Assembly: GCF_001194135.2 (NCBI RefSeq)
Contig: NC_068993.1
Span: 20,968,748 to 21,032,747 of the forward strand
Length of the DNA: 64,000 nucleotides
Direction: 5' to 3'
Source: Octopus bimaculoides
Lineage: Eukaryota
Part shown: piece after piece, positions 1 to 13,139 of the stretch
Position numbering within the stretch: the stretch's first letter is position 1
Layout: the number at the start of each line of letters is the position of its first letter
Made by a program: the position numbers and the translations under genes
The notes under the pieces: generated by a model
The model's input: only the letters and a program-made list of their open reading frames with translations
What the model was told of the DNA's origin: nothing
Databases searched by the model: none

Positions 1-20
1 CAGTCGATACCCGTGGACAC

Positions 21-24
<4 letters not shown>

Positions 25-106
<82 letters not shown>
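25..106. repeat. (GA)n microsatellite
   Basis: Pure AG dinucleotide run. Confidence 0.98.
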
Positions 107-108
<2 letters not shown>

Positions 109-119
109 CTTTACCACAT

Positions 120-688
120 AATTTCATCAGTCGCGAAGAAACATGATGATTTTAGTTTAATATGAAGCTGTGGAAACAATGGTTGAGTCACAAAGCAAGC
201 AACACTTCAAGCCAAGCCAGAGCTACATCGACGCAAGACAGTGATCTGCGTTTTGTTGGGTTGAGAAGGGCTAATCCACAACGAAATGTTTGAAAACTAG
301 TCAATGCAAAGCTTTGAGCTCAGCAAATGCATCAGCTCAATTAGGCCATCCAGCTGGATCGAACCAGCGAGTGGAACAGTGAGCTTCTTCAATGCTCATC
401 TCACGTCGCAAATTTTATAAACAAAATACTTTTCAAGCGCTCAGTTTTTGTGTTTTTGGCTGCTCTTCAACAGAATGTGCGGTGTTTCGTTCAACAACGC
501 GGAGCCGAGAACGTGGTTCGAAGAAGTTTTCAAATCAAGATCCAATAATTTCTCCTGTTAAAACATTGACATACTAGGAGAACGTTGCCGTGAAAATATT
601 TGTTTAAATAATATTTTGTTAAAACTGTCATTGAAAAATAAAGATTAAATTAAATAAACAAGAAACCTGACTTATTTCACAGCCCAAT
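120..688 (+). mobile_element. Degraded mariner transposon, central and 3' part
   Basis: Frameshifted translation resembles mariner transposase (KPELHRRKTVICV..EGLIH..QQMHQLN..). It ends in a mariner-like terminal sequence cttatttcacagcccaat, followed by (TATG)n. Confidence 0.7.
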
Positions 689-714
689 GTATGTATGTAT
701 GTATGTATGTATGT

Positions 715-2450
715 CTCTTCTATTTTTTAATTATTATAAATCTTCCAGTGAGGAGGGAGCCGGCTTCCAACAAAGATACAAGGCTCCATCTTTGGGATGT
801 AGTTAACACAGACAAATTCACATTTGGAACTTGAGAAAAGTCTTGCATATTCTTACTGTTCCACTTACAGATTGGACTTATAATGTACGAATCAGCCAGT
901 TAATTTCTCTTTCTGAAAATCCCAGTTTATCCAGATTCTCCTTTAAGCATTTACTAACAAAACCTAGTCATTGGTATGAATATGAATTCATAGTCTGGAT
1001 ATAGATTATTATTGGTATGAATATGAATTCATAGTCTGGATATAGAAGCTGGAGGTTTCGAAAGCAGTTGTCCATAGATATCCTCTTTTTCTTTGATTTT
1101 CAAAGAAATATTTATATCTACAGGGCAGCTAACCTCTATGATGGTACATACCTTCACTCCTCTGTCCCAAACAACAATATCCGGCCTGTTATGCTTACAT
1201 TTTGACAAGTTTTGAAGGGAATATTCCATCAGTATTCTGGATCGCATTGATACTGGCTCGCTTAAAAATTCGCTTGTGATAGCGGAGTTTCTCACTCAAC
1301 GTCCTGAGTTCAGTTTTTAAAGTGACTAGCTTTCCCTCAAGAGCTCGGTGTGGAGAGTTGCCATAAAGTTTCATTAATTTTTGTCTAAGGTAGAGTTGGT
1401 GTGGTGTAAACTCATTTTTCTCCTTACATTTTATTTTTGTAGTTAACCATCCAATATGGCGGCGCACGTTGTAGATATTTTATTCAAGTTTTCCATCTAG
1501 GTTATTTTCGTTTAGTAATTTCGTTACTTGGTTCACTGTAGATTCCTCCTAGGTGTTCTTTAAGAGTAACAGCGGCTGTATATATAAGAGTATTAATATT
1601 CGAATAATTAACATTATATAATTCCATGTGCTCTCCAGCAATATCGTTGATAATCTTAAACATTAGATCGGTCGAATTTTTTCTCATTCTTGTTGGGGAT
1701 AGTCTGTTGCTCAATGAAAGCTTCAAGAAAGTAGCAAAATATTTTACGAATTGTAATTTTAAAATGTTTTCGAGTTGGATGTACTCCGCAGTCTTCGCCG
1801 CTGAGTCAGCTAAATTTGGAGACACTCGAATTTAGCGAAGGCGGGAGCGGTGGTTTGTCTACGTTATTTTTTACGCCGCTTCTGGCAGATTTTGACCCAT
1901 TTTCAGTGTTTTGAGGGGATCGAGGACCAGATGATTTGTTTTTTTTTTTTGACAAAAGATGCTTGTTGTCGGAGCTGTTTCAGCGTGAAGGTATTTACAT
2001 TGGGAAGAGCTTCGTCCCAGAATCGTTTTAACCGCTTCATGTATCCGATTGAAGGGTCATCTCGGACGTTTTCATAGCGCCGAAGTAAATCGCGGTTTAG
2101 CTGTCGAGCTCAAGTAAAGTGAGAAGAGTACTTACGTCATCTTAAATAACTTACTGGTGAAGTAGTTCTGTTTTCAATGGTGCTGACATTGTTAGTTTCA
2201 TCTGTGGTGGTGTTATTTTCAGCCATAATCGTGTTAGCGAGATTACACGTGGTGTAGATGTTCATTTTAAAATCTGCTCAGGATAGCGCTGCGATGGCGA
2301 GTAAAAGGTGTTTCTCTTATTAATTATTGGAGACGTAAACCAGTTACCGATTTAGGCTGGAGAAGTTGGCATATTTCTACAGGAAGGCGTTCAAAACGTA
2401 CTTTTTAAATGGTCCTCTACATCTGCACGTCTGATGTTGACGGCGCCATT
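715..2450 (-). mobile_element. R4/Dong-type non-LTR retrotransposon, internally deleted (N-terminal region fused to the RLE domain)
   Basis: ORF 1029-1295 has the RLE motif KHNRPDIVVWD..IIEVSCP. ORFs 1195-1467 and 1502-1825 match the pre-RT region of the 22-25 kb copy (SEKLRYHKRI..IN). No RT lies between them. Flanked by (TATG)n on both sides. Confidence 0.75.
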
Positions 2451-2527
2451 ATGTATGTATGCATGTATGTATGTATGTATGTATGTATGTATGTATGTAT
2501 GTATGTATGCATGTATGTATGTATGTA

Positions 2528-4702
2528 TTGAGTTTATTTCAAGATTTCTTGCCAATAGAGAAAGAACCTGTTTCTAACCTAGATCCAAGGTTCCTTCATT
2601 GGAATTTCAACATCAACAACAGGGTATTTTTGTATGTGTGTATGTATGTATGTATGTATGTATGTATGTATGTATGTATGTATGTATGCACAGATTTGTA
2701 TGTTTTATGTATGTATTCTGATGCATATAGTTACATATCTAGACATGCTCATATATATCTAAATATGATAAACTTCTGGAAAGTTTTACAGATTTTTACA
2801 GTTCCAGTGATGGATTGGGTCTGTAGTCTTCGAATTAGCTTTCCTCTTTCTGGTTTTGAGAGGCCGATTTTCTCAAGATTGGTATTTAGGCAGTGTGTTA
2901 CATATCCCAGGGCCCCAATAATTACAGGTATAAACCTGAACTTGTAATCTGGATAGAGCAACTGCAGATTTCTCAATAGATCAGTATAGGTGTTCTCTTT
3001 TTCACTTATCTTCAGCTTATGGGCAGCTAATTTCTACAACTGTGCACAGTTTCTCTTCTCTGTCCCACATCATTATATCAGGTCTGTTGTGCTTATATTT
3101 GTCTTCACCAGTACATTCCACCAGTATTCATTTTCATTATAAGTGGCTATGGCTTCCACCATATCGTGGGTTTCTATTTCTTTGTCCTCGGGGTTACATT
3201 ATAGAGTGTCCTAACTACAACGTCATGTCTCATCGGTAGATAATACTGTGATGACATTTTTGGACAACTGCTTATGATGTAGGTGATATCTTTAGTGTAA
3301 ACTCACAAAGTCTGCATCGGTTGTCACATTTTACGGCTTTTCCTGTATCTCTAATCCCTTTTGTGCATCAGGTATTTGGTTGATATTTCCTGTTCCTGGA
3401 TTGTGAAAGCATACCCTTCAAAGGGTATTCTTTCTATCATGCAATCTATCACGGACGAATTCGGTTATTCGTCCACGATAGATTGCTTTGATGATCGATG
3501 TTACTATCATCACGGAGCTTTCTACTAACATATCCATGCATAGTCTTCTGCTCATATAGGCTCATCCTTTCATCTGATGATATGTTGCTGTAGACTCGTG
3601 CAACTTCTTTGGGCAATTATTCTAGCTTATCAGACAAAGAGTGTTGCACTAGGAGCTGCCTTCCAAGTCTTGTAATGTTATCAGCCTCATGTATGCAGAC
3701 TTGGTCAAGGGATGCACTTCGACGCTTGGTGGTTAAAAGATGTTGCCGAAGGGATATGATGCAACATTCAAAGGCATTTAGGATCGATGTTAAACCTCTG
3801 CCGCCTTGTTTACGTTTTAGGTAGTGGCGGTCTACATCACTGTTTATTTGGAAATTATGTGTGCTTGTTAGTGTTCTTCGGGTTTTCACATTAATGGCTC
3901 GGATCTCATCAAGCGTCCAATCAAGCAGCCTAAATGTTGGTATGAGTACTGAGACTGCAAAAACATTGTGGGCCATTTTTTTTATTGAATGCAGAGAGTT
4001 CTGACGTGCAAATTTTCTTTATTCGGCTGTAATATTCTTTAGTGACACATGTTTTGTTACAGGTGCCATTGTAAGATATACTTTCATCCACCCCTAGATA
4101 CCTGTAAAATTTCTCGTCAGATACAGGGGAAACGGTCAAATCTTTGACGGAGATGCTACTAGTCTGGTTTATAGTTTTCCCCCGTTTCACAACCATATAA
4201 CATTTATCCTGACCAAACTCCAACCCTTTGAGAATGTTGCAATTAGGTCAAGGATTTTTTTCATCTCATGCATATTTTTTGCATAAAGTTTTAAGTCATC
4301 CACAGAGAAACAGTGTGTAATTTTGGTATTTCTGTTTCCTTGTGAACCAGTGAGATATCCTTCAGACTTCCTTAACATGGATGATAAGGGGTTTACAGAA
4401 AGTATAAACATCACATTGAGGCTGTCTCTTTGGAATGTTCCTTTGCGATATTGTATTCTATCGGTGATTATTCAGCCACTCTTTGTGTTTAATTTCAAGA
4501 TGGTGGCCCACGATGATGTCAGGTCGTGGCCCACGATGATGTCAGGTCAGCTATGACTGACTATTCTCACTGGAATTTTAGCAAGATGAATAGCTTCTAG
4601 CATCCATAAGTGGGGAACAGAGTCAAAGGCTTTGTTGTAATCTATCCACATTAAAACTAGGCTCCTCCTGTGCTCTAGCACCTCAGACATCACAGTCTTG
4701 TT
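2528..4702 (-). mobile_element. R4/Dong-type non-LTR retrotransposon, 5'-truncated and degraded
   Basis: RT motifs DYNKAFDSVP (~4620-4650) and THCFSVDDLKLYA (ORF 4187-4414); thumb region (ORFs 3617-3976, 3930-4223); C-terminal FIPVIIGALG (ORF 2749-2976). Flanked by (TATG)n on both sides. Confidence 0.9.
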
Positions 4703-5389
4703 GTATGTATGTATGTATGTATGTATGTATGTATGTATGTATGAATCTATGTGCGTAAGTATGTATGAATGTATGTATTATGTAGAGAGAAATAGAACGG
4801 GACAGAGAGAAAGAGAGAGATAGATAGATAGAGAGAGATATATAGATAGAGAGAGGGAGTGGTTCACAAAAGTAGTTAAACACGTAAAGCACAAAAGAAG
4901 AAAGACGTTCACATAGAACAAGTGTAATAGTGACAAAAGTAAATTTAGGTAGAAAACAAAGCTGGTCTCATTTACCTATTGATATCTGCAGGAAGGGAAA
5001 GAAGTAGACCTGGTAACAAAGGCCGAAGCTGATGCTTTCAAAAATTTTGGCGAATCTTATTTGGTAGGCTAATACAGCCGGCTTTATAAAACAAACGAGT
5101 TATGCGACCAGAATCATAANNNNNNNNNNNNNNNNNNNNNNNNNNNNNNNNNNNNNNNNNNNNNNNNNNNNNNNNNNNNNNNNNNNNNNNNNNNNNNNNN
5201 NNNNNNNNNNNNNNNNNNNAACTCTCTTGATGCAAACCGGACGAAAGCAATATACTCTTTGTTTATATATAACATGCAATTATATAATTAAATATTGTTT
5301 CATACAAAATATAGCGAAGCAAAGCAAGTCGGTATGTAGATATATAACAGCAATGTAATCTAATCATTTCTTATAGTAAAGCAATAGGC

Positions 5390-6450
5390 ATACATACACA
5401 AATGTACCCCACCGAATTAGTTTCCTCGTAACTTTCAGAAGAATAGATATTGTTTTAATGAAGTTTTCTACATTTTTTAAATAAAAAAGATATTTCGGGT
5501 GAATAGGGAGAGGATTTGAAGAAAATTCACACGAGTCTGCAGTGTTTCTTTATAACTTTCGAAAAAAAAAAAAAAAAAAAAGGTATTTTTGAATGAAAAT
5601 TTCTCAAAATACATTTCAGAGTGTGTAATTACGATTATATAAAAGTTCGATGCGAAAAGAAAAACGGTGAGTACGCACACATACGTACTGACATACATCA
5701 CAATGTTTTAAGAAATTTCCAGATTCATTTTATAGATATATGTGATGTGTGTCAGTATGTATGTGTGCTATCCTATGGATTTCTTTTGATATTAAATTCC
5801 GATATAATCGTAATCTACACACTTTGAAAGATATTTGTAAAAAAATTTACGAAAAAATATCCATTTTTTTGAAAGTTGCGAGAAAATAAAACAATAGTCT
5901 TGTGTGAATTTTCCGAAACCCTCTCACTACCTTCGCAAAAATATTTTCACAAAAAATTCTTATATTATCGGAATCTACACAATGCACAAAAACTGTAGTC
6001 CGGTCATACACACTTCGCTCCGGCCGGTTATTGTATATCATTGCGCTTATGTTACGAGAAGTCCATAATAAACATGTACTTTTAGAAGGTATAACCCAAG
6101 ATACTTATGTTAATGCAACTGGAATACGTGTACAAATGTGCCCCATCGAATTTGTTTCCTCATATCTTCCAGAGAAATAGATATTTTTAAATGAAATTTT
6201 CTACAATTACGCTGCCGATGATGTAGATTTCGATTATATCGGAATTCATTAAGAAATTGTTTTTCGAGGGCGTGGAGAGAAAATTCACACGAATTGGCTT
6301 TATTTCCTCATAACTTTCTAAAAAAGAGGCATTTTTAAATGAAAATTTCTACAAATACATTTCAGAGTGTGTAAATTGCGACTATTTTGAAATATAATAT
6401 GAAAATAAAAATTGGTGGGCTAACACGCATACATATTAATACACATCACA
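5390..6450. repeat. AT-rich repeat of ~300 bp units, two direct copies and one inverted partial copy
   Basis: The blocks gaaaattcacacga and aatacatttcagagtgtgtaa recur at ~5400-5700 and ~6135-6450. The reverse complement gtgtgaattttc occurs at ~5900. Confidence 0.55.
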
Positions 6451-6949
6451 TTTTTTTTCGAAAACTTTTTTCGCAAAAAGGTTTTCGAAAAAAAAATGTG
6501 ATGTATGTTAGTAAGTATGTGTACTATCCATACCACAACATCACCACATATTCACGCAACCACACATTCACTCGATCAGACTACCACTTCTCCATCTTAA
6601 AACCACTATAACAAAACAATAATCACATTAGCATCATATAAGTATACTCTTTAGCTACCCTCCTCTCGACTTGTTGCAGTACACCACACTAAACAAAATA
6701 AACTCAAACGATGAAATCTCTTAAGACTTGCTTGCAATAAACTTCCGGTAATGGTAACACCAGAAATCTACAAACCATTGCAGTGCGAGTTTTTCATATG
6801 ACATGGAATATTTAAACTTAAATAGCAAGTACAATTTAGAGAAACCTGTAAACATTTTTTTCTGGTTGTAAGCGAAGAGGAATTTTTAATTTAATCTGAA
6901 ATTAATAAGTCAGTAATGAGACTTGGTTGCATCAACACACATAACCCCC

Positions 6950-7790
6950 AAAAGACTTTAAACAAGATCAGTTGCTTGATGACTTCGGGTCACATGCAGC
7001 CTGAGTCAGACCGGGATTTCTGCGACGTGAGACCCGTTCTCTCCGTCCATGACCACGACCACGTCTTAATTAATCGATACAAATTGAGCAGAGTGATCTG
7101 GTGTTGGAGGTACAGAAGATCTACTTGGACGCAAATGTTAATAAGGTAATCCTGGTCATGAATAGCAGAGATAATGGTGCATTTAGAGTAGCAGTGAGTT
7201 ATGAGCGGTATGGGGACAGGAGCAGCCAGACTAGAGAGGACGCTAAGACGGTCCTAGTAACTGAGAGCTGGACGCGCCGACCCATGTGTGCATCCCTGGC
7301 GCGCAAAAGTCTACATCAATCCAGTTAAGCGAGAATAGACCGTGCGATTGCTAACAACTAATGATGAAAGTATTTGAAGAGAGCTTTTAGAGCAGAATCA
7401 GTAAAATTGCGCAGAGATAATGTTAGAGAATATTAAATTATAATTGAGCTAATCACTCGAATGAAAGACACCGCAACCGACGTGCTTGCGACAAAATCAC
7501 ACTTTACCATATAGTCGACGCAAAATGTGAGGTTTGTTACACGAAGAAGTGAAAGTCTTTTGATAGAACGGGTCTCGGGAAAAGCTATTAAGGGCTGATG
7601 AGATACGATTGATAATGAGTGTAGCCATATGTGCAAGGGCTAAATCATATTCTTTCGTGACAACTTACACCTCTGTTAGCCCTGTCCGAGCAAACCTATG
7701 ATCAAAAACGATCTAACCACGATCAGTTCCATCTATTTGTATATCTTCGACTTCATTGTTTAATATGCCCTTCAATTCTGAAGTTGCTTG
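6950..7790 (+). mobile_element. Highly degraded L1/Tx1-like ORF2 fragment
   Basis: LEVQKIYLDANVNKVILVMNSRDNGAFRVAV (ORF 7101-7328) resembles the Tx1 AP-endonuclease strands. A downstream piece weakly resembles the Tx1 RT. Confidence 0.4.
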
Positions 7791-7924
7791 ATCAACCGAA
7801 TCGTGTATTCTTTGAATTAATGTATGAAATAGCTGGGTATTTTACAGAAACATCTACCCTTAAAATTCTTTGAGAGACTCAATGTGACGCTGCATATGAC
7901 AAGACTAAAACCTTCCAATTACAG

Positions 7925-7971
<47 letters not shown>

Positions 7972-9129
7972 AGAGGGTCTTCTAAACACTATCTGCCCAA
8001 TTTCACATGGAAAATTTGGGTTGACTTGAAACTAATCTAAAAGACACCTGCCCAAAATGCCAAGTAGTGAAATTGAAGCAGCGATTTTGTGATTCTGAGG
8101 TAAATGTCTTAAACATTTAGCCGGTCTAGTGTGCAGAATTGGCTGGAAAGTTTGTCATTTTCTTGTTAAAGAAGACAAGATTCTGATCCCATTCCCATGT
8201 TTATACATAAGCTAATTTCAATTTTATTAGTCGTCAATTGCGTATTGTCTATACCCAATTTTATATTTCGTTAACTTCATTAACAATTTTAGTAGCTTTT
8301 TCAACTATGTATGGCACTTGATCCTCATTTTTATATCTCGGCTGGACTCATTCAATTTTTAATAGTCTTTCCCACGCTGTTTCTAATAAATTTAAGTAGG
8401 TCTCTTGGCGGGTTTTATGTAAAAGTTTTAGTATATTCACCAGTCGGGTATTGCTTGTAATTAATGCCATTACGTTTCATGTAAATTCAGTATAATTTTC
8501 AACTTGACAATATAACTGAGTGTGGTTTTTGTGTGCTGTGGGTAAATATAAAGTTTAGTTGTGGTTTGTGTTTCTGTTGTATTATAACTGCATATTGCGT
8601 GTGCAATGCCTATCATTGCTATTCACTGCATATTATTGTATATATGCGAGTCCTGAGATCTGTGTTATCTATATATCTGCATCGTTTTTAACCATTCCCA
8701 ATTCAACCACCAATGTGGGTATTGTTTCTATACTCAAATATTCATGAAAAAATAGATTACGACAGGCACACACACACACAAAAGAAAAATTAGGAAAGAA
8801 TATTATAAATGCATTAGATGATTAATACTTAAAACAGAGCTACAGGTAAACAAAAAAGAGCTTAAAAGGTATTATTATTTTAGCGATTCCACAAATAAGT
8901 TATAAAATTCACTGGAAGTTCCCCACGAATGGATCAATCACTAGATTTAAAATGTAGTACCAAAAGTTCGACGTATGAATATCATATTTTCCACAAAAAC
9001 AGCGTTTAAGCCTCTAGAAAACTATATCATAAAATATTCAGTTCAACTGTAAGGATATTTATTGTTGATGACGGATCCTTCAACGGTTTAGACGAGGAAC
9101 ATTCAATTATCCGTTCAACCAAATCTACT

Positions 9130-9393
9130 TTTATCTTTTATCTTTTATTTGTTTCAGTCACTAGACTGCGACCACGTTAGGGCACCATCCTGACCAATTT
9201 TCAGTTGAATGAATCGACCCCAGTACTTAATTATTTTTAAAGTCTAGTACTTATTGTGTCAGTTCTCTTGCCGAACCGCTAGCTTACGGGAACGTAAACA
9301 CTCTAGAAGCGGTTGTCAAGCAGTGGTGAGAGACACACACGCACGCACATACATACACACACAAACGCGCACACATACACACACACACACACA

Positions 9394-9460
<67 letters not shown>

Positions 9461-9620
9461 CCACTTATATGTACGACAAGCTTCTTTCCGTTTCTGTCTA
9501 CCAAATCCATTCGCAACGTTTTAGTCGGCCCGAAGCTATAGTAGAAGACACTTGCCCAAGTGGGACAGAATCATGTGGTTGAGAAAAAAACTTCTTACCA
9601 CACAGCCACACCTGCGACTA
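9130..9620 (-). mobile_element. tRNA-derived SINE with CORE-like segment and internal (CA)n
   Basis: The reverse complement begins with a tRNA-like head (gtggctgtgtggtaag) and a CORE-like ttgggcaagtgtcttc. The same family occurs at 25878-26530 and 29948-30331. Confidence 0.85.
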
Positions 9621-10293
9621 TGTTAAACCAACGTATAAGTGGCTGAGTATTCCACTGAGACACATGTACTTTTAAAGTAATTTTCATCTTTGCCTGTAAT
9701 TGTCATCCTTGCCTGTAATTTTTATCCCGTTTTTTTTGCCTTCGAGATAGCCAGAACAGAAATTGTGAAAAGATCAAAATTTAAACAAAAATGGGTTTTC
9801 ACATTGACCAGTATAAGAAAAAATACATGCACATAAATTTTTCAGTCTTGTGCGCGACTCTGCATTTAAAACATGCAATAAAAATCGAAATTACTAACAA
9901 TTATTATTGTAAATTTTATGTATTAACAATTATTATTGTAAATTTTGGTACATGACCAGTAATTTAAGGGTAGTGGGTAAGATGATTACATCAACACTAG
10001 TGCTTAACTAGCACTTACCTTTCTTCTGTTTGATCAAATACCACTATCAGGGATCTTTCAGTTTTAGCTTTGAGTCCAGCTGAGAGATCTTTAAAAGTCA
10101 TTTTGACATTATTCAGTTTCTATATATTAGCCAATCTGAAGCCCCATTTTTTAGTTTAGATTCTAATCTTTTCACAATTTCTGGTATTGTGTCTCTATTT
10201 TTTTCACCTTACGTTACTTTTACCATTGTTTCGTACTTGTTGGCTACCTCGAAGACAGAAAACAGTTTATATTTTGTTCGCATTTTGCAGTTA

Positions 10294-11140
10294 TCTTATA
10301 TATTAAAAGGCAAGTTGTGTGTATGTGTGCGTGTGTGTGTGTTGTGTGAACCACTTCTAATCTTACAATTTTCAATCGAATTTCACCAAATTTGATATGT
10401 GTACTCTCTTTGACTTAGGACACTTTTTCTCATAATTTTTTTTCCTCGAAATTCTGCTCCTCCAACATAAATAAATTACTCTCAATTCGCCTAGGATTTG
10501 GCTTGAGCCTGCGAAAAACATGACACACACCCAACTGGAAAAAATCAATACTTTACTTTGTCAGCTGTGGCGAGCTCTTACCGACTGCTTGCACAGTACT
10601 GCCAGCAGTATTCATTTGCGAGTTACAATTTGCCTCTATTTTCACGTGAGCGTTCTTTTTCATACAATTATTCCAACTTAAATTAGCCATTTCAAAACAC
10701 TTACCCAAAATTAAAAGAACTTAATTCGGTTTGTTTGATTAACATTTTTGCCAACTACATTTTACTATTTTTTGGGTGCTACGCATTCATCGCATTTTCC
10801 TTAGGACTTTTTCTATTGCGTAAACTGATAATTTTCCACTATGCCTCGACGCAAATATAGGTCGGCAAAGAAAAGTAAATGCATGCGTGCAAATGAATCT
10901 GCCGAGGACGCCGCCAGGAGGAACTCTCTCAATGCACTTACGATGGCTTCAGCGCGAAGAAGGGAAAGTGAAGAGCAGCGTTGTGATTGGTTAGCACGTA
11001 TTGCTACGCAACGAGCCGCCCATAGCAACGAGCAACGTTTAGCTCGCCGAACAAGAAATGCTTCCTCTACTGCTGCTGCACGAGCTTCAGAGACTGCAAC
11101 ACAACGTGCAGATCGACTTACAAGAGATGCTGCAGGGGAT
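10294..11140 (+). mobile_element. Probable Helitron 5' end with N-terminal STPR-like repeat ORF
   Basis: Starts A|TCTTATATATTAAAAGGC followed by (GT)n, the pattern of animal Helitron 5' ends. ORF 10841-11203 has R/E/A-rich repeats (RRRESEEQRCDWL..ARASETATQRADRL) like RepHel N-termini. Cut off by a SINE. Confidence 0.6.
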
Positions 11141-11410
<270 letters not shown>

Positions 11411-11599
11411 CTTTATTAACCACAAGGGTCTACATGAAAAAAAAGCATTATGGACAGCACAGGACAAAACAAAAATAATGTGTGTGTATGTGTGTGAGTG
11501 TGTGTAGCCGTGAGGGTTTTGCGTATAAACAAGACTAATATAATTTTTTTAAAAAGAGAGATCAACAATATGTAATCCTCAATAGGGAGGAGACGTTCG

Positions 11600-12190
11600 A
11601 GGGCTGCTCATGGAAGAACCCCATAAAAACCATGGGTACCCTGAATTTTGGGGCAGGTGCCTTTTCTTTTTTTTTTTTTCGTTTCCTTTCCTCCTTACAA
11701 CTACAGGCGTAAGATATCAGGGCATGCCCGTTCACTTATACCATTCTCGCCACTTTCATCCACCTTTCGGAAAACTGACTAGAAGACAGTACTTCTCTCC
11801 CTACTCTTACTTCCCTTTTCAAATGAAACTTAAAGAAGTTCATCAAGGAGAAAGGTGTTTGTTATCAGTCCCTTTCCCTGAGGTCGTTGAGCAGGTGACC
11901 CCGTTTCCAAGGCAACCCCAGGCCACGTACATTCACGCTGTCAATTTTGTACACGACCACGTTGTCGGAAAAAGAGAAGAAAAGAAAGGGAAAAACTTAC
12001 TTGGTTATGTTTGGAGGGGCGGATTGACCGTCCCACCTGTTGGCTTGGGGTATTTCCAACAGCAAATCACCAAGAATTCTCTTGGTGATATTCTGGCGGA
12101 AATCTCTGATTTCCCGTGGGAAATGGGTTTTTAAGTGTGTGCATACGTTTTGTGAAAATTGTTAGAGAATGATCCCCTTTTGCAGGAAGT
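11600..12190 (-). mobile_element. L1/Tx1-like fragment spanning the end of ORF1 and start of the ORF2 endonuclease
   Basis: The minus strand at ~11947-11870 translates KIDSVNVRGLGLPWKRGHLLNDLRERD, the N-terminal motif of an AP endonuclease (NVRGL). Multiple stops. Confidence 0.7.
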
Positions 12191-13108
12191 GCAAAAGATT
12201 GTTTTAACTGGTGGGTCACAGCTATTGAGAATATCGTCGCTCTGAGGACGACTGTTTTTTAGGTAAATACATTTTTTCTACATAACTTCATTTGACTTTT
12301 GTAAATGAATAGTCTAGTTGTTTTTTTTTAATGCTCTATGTAATCCGTGAGTTTCTTTGCCTTAGATGTCTGGGAGATACGTGGCAAGATATGAAAATGA
12401 AACTGAAAGAAGAAAAAACCATAATAATTATGATAATAAAAACACCCAGCTACGTAACCGACTGAAAATTGTACATACGACCAATCTAGAAAACCTATTG
12501 AAAATTGTTCAAAATACTTGTGATAAGAAACTACTTTGATATTTTATGGATCCAGCCAAGTTCTAAAAATAAAGGCAAGAGAAGATTAGAAGCACAAAGC
12601 GAAACAAAACATTGTATTTAACAAAGACACACAAAGCTACACTCAGTTGTGCAATTAAATATACAATTAAATTGAAACTACTTAAAACATAATTCGCGAT
12701 TATATTATTATTTGTAAATATCCAACTGGTGTATACACCTAAAATTATGCATAAAGCCCGCCTAGGAACATACTAAAGTTATTAGAAACACTGCGGACAG
12801 AAACTATTTAAATATTTTATGAATTCAGCCAAATGAGAACAGCAGGGAATATCGAAAAAGCTACTAAATTGTTGATGAATTTAACGAAATATGAAATTGG
12901 TTATAGACAATACACAGTTTGAGCGTGTAGATCATACATATGTGTGTGTGTGTGTTAGTATGTATTTATGTATGCATGTAAATGAACAGACGCGTACACA
13001 TACATGTTGGTCATTCTGCATAATTATGCTACTTTAAGAATGTTTACCTGTGTGACAAAACGAGGAAAAGGGGAAGGGTAACATTCTGATCACATGAGCC
13101 ATTTGTTT

Positions 13109-13114
13109 TATAAA
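13109..13114 (+). promoter_or_regulatory. Candidate TATA box of the prepropeptide gene
   Basis: TATAAA lies ~30 nt upstream of an ATG-free stretch that ends in a good donor, cag|gtaaat. Confidence 0.3.
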
Positions 13115-13139
13115 GCTGAGAGTTTTAGCCTAGAAAATA

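Noticed and set aside
2459-2947. Long ORFs made of MYVC, HT/TH, CV, poly-I/N/D/L/Y/V or ER/SL repeats (also 9254-9582, 11213-11507, 13922-14158, 21765-22197, 26052-26492, 32063-32448, 46425-47358, 49864-50407)
   Set aside because: They are translations of (TATG)n, (CA)n, (TAA)n, (TGA)n and (GA)n microsatellites, not genes.
6640-6750. Alternative first exon or promoter (catataag ... ccg|gtaatg)
   Set aside because: Weak TATA and donor, and it contains a short upstream ORF; no independent support.
8230-8520. Host exon in the 8.2-8.5 kb and 12.4-12.9 kb segments
   Set aside because: The two regions are inverted, diverged copies of one repeat and neither has an open frame; the family was not identified.
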